Shown piece by piece: positions 63,257 through 64,000 of a stretch of 64,000 bases of DNA. A model generated the notes under the pieces. The model saw only the letters and a list, made by a program, of their open reading frames with translations, made no database searches and was not told where the DNA came from. Within the stretch, counting starts at the first letter, position 1; each line of letters opens with the position of its first letter. Location: positions 128,001 to 192,000 of the forward strand of contig OY729426.1 in NCBI GenBank assembly GCA_963422365.1, given 5' to 3'. The position numbers were made by a program, and so were the translations under genes. The DNA comes from Nitrospirales bacterium. GTDB lineage: Bacteria > Nitrospirota > Nitrospiria > Nitrospirales > UBA8639.

Positions 63257-63517
63257 TCGTCGCGTTCGGCGAGAAATCGTTCAAGGGCGCCTGGCGCCGC
63301 CCTACCACTTCCATGGGCTTCCTGGGCTCGCCCGAGCCAACCAAGATCCCTTGCCGTTCAAGGTCATCGAGTCGCACTTCGATCGTCGCAGGCGGGTGCC
63401 TGACCGCGCGAATCTCGGCTACGGGCTTTCCCCGATAGGAAGCCGTGACCATCTTCCCATCGCGCACCTGCCGGAGAACCTCGCCTTAACGTCATATGCC
63501 GAATACGTGATACCCAT
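63253..63517 (-). pseudogene. Phd/YefM-type antitoxin with two frameshifts
   Basis: MGITYSAYDVKARFS / RQVRDGKMVTASYRGKPVAEI... / PGALERFLAERDE* read across two frame changes; stop overlaps the vapC ATG. Confidence 0.75.
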
Positions 63518-63594
63518 GGCCATTATGTTCACTGGTCAGACTATCAAGCAAATTCGTCCATGATTGACACCGCCAATGTGACGGTATCTTCTTC

Positions 63595-63716
63595 ACCTCA
63601 GACACGTACGGTGGCAGCCTGGCTTTTTTCTCGAAGCGCTCGATCAACTCGCAGGCGGCTTCGACCATGGCCTGCTCGGTCTTGATCTCCGTGGCGATTA
63701 GGGAACGGTTAGGCAA
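63595..63716 (-). pseudogene. 3' remnant of a type I R-M specificity (HsdS or M-S fusion) gene
   Basis: IATEIKTEQAMVEAACELIERFEKK resembles the conserved C-terminal helix of HsdS-type proteins. Confidence 0.5.
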
Positions 63717-63836
63717 GAGGTGGGTGAGGGTGAGTGTTGATACTTGGTCAAAGACTCTCTTCTTACTCTATGACGATCTGCGTTTTCCTTATCTCCCTTA
63801 CAATAAATCTCGATACATTCAATGCGTTGCACTTGC

Positions 63837-64000
63837 TCAAGATACGAGTAGCTGACGCGAAGTGACAATCCCTTCAAATATCGGCAACCTCATACGAAAG
63901 CGGCTTGCGTCTTGCGCGGATTTCCACGGAATATCCTCGTGGAAATCATTGTCTATCTCTTTCGCATTTTTATCGGAGAGACGGGCTAACACACCATCAC
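63837..64000 (-). pseudogene. 3' remnant of a Panacea/SocA-like (DUF4065) antitoxin, cut by the window edge
   Basis: DGVLARLSDKNAKEIDNDFHEDIPW...(frameshift) KPLSYE. Confidence 0.5.

Noticed and set aside
63506..63533. dif-like site (TTATGTTCACT resembles a XerD arm)
   Set aside because: No matching XerC arm at 6-bp spacing, and it overlaps the antitoxin start.

Overview
Bacterial chromosomal segment, most likely from a Nitrospirales/Nitrospira-like organism (inferred from gene content and order, not from a search). Most of it is housekeeping: xerD, trpS, gap-pgk-tpiA-secG, ilvE, rplU-rpmA-obgE-proB-nadD-rsfS-bioB, pyrD, comF, a stand-alone mraZ, miaB-mtaB, a KtrB/TrkH gene, class II RNR nrdJ with NrdR boxes, rnpB, three tRNAs, an rpoD-type sigma factor, Prx, csp and def. 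There are two decayed accessory patches. The first (~20.4-27.8 kb) is a defence-type island. It holds one very long SF1 helicase plus Vsr-like nuclease gene broken by one frameshift and two in-frame stops, a DUF6978-like/DUF1828-1829-like pair and a DNA-methylase tail. The second (62.9-64 kb) holds VapBC, type I R-M and Panacea remnants. The most unusual signal is the helicase-nuclease linker, which carries in frame (i) a 55-codon near-copy of the LuxR HTH of a gene 5.4 kb away and (ii) a CRISPR-like 34-bp repeat / 38-bp spacer / 34-bp repeat unit. Other notable items are a palindromic repeat inserted in frame in bioB, a probable ATT start for rsfS, and a sharply bounded G-rich tract inside rpoD. 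Family names come from motif recognition by eye and need HMM confirmation.
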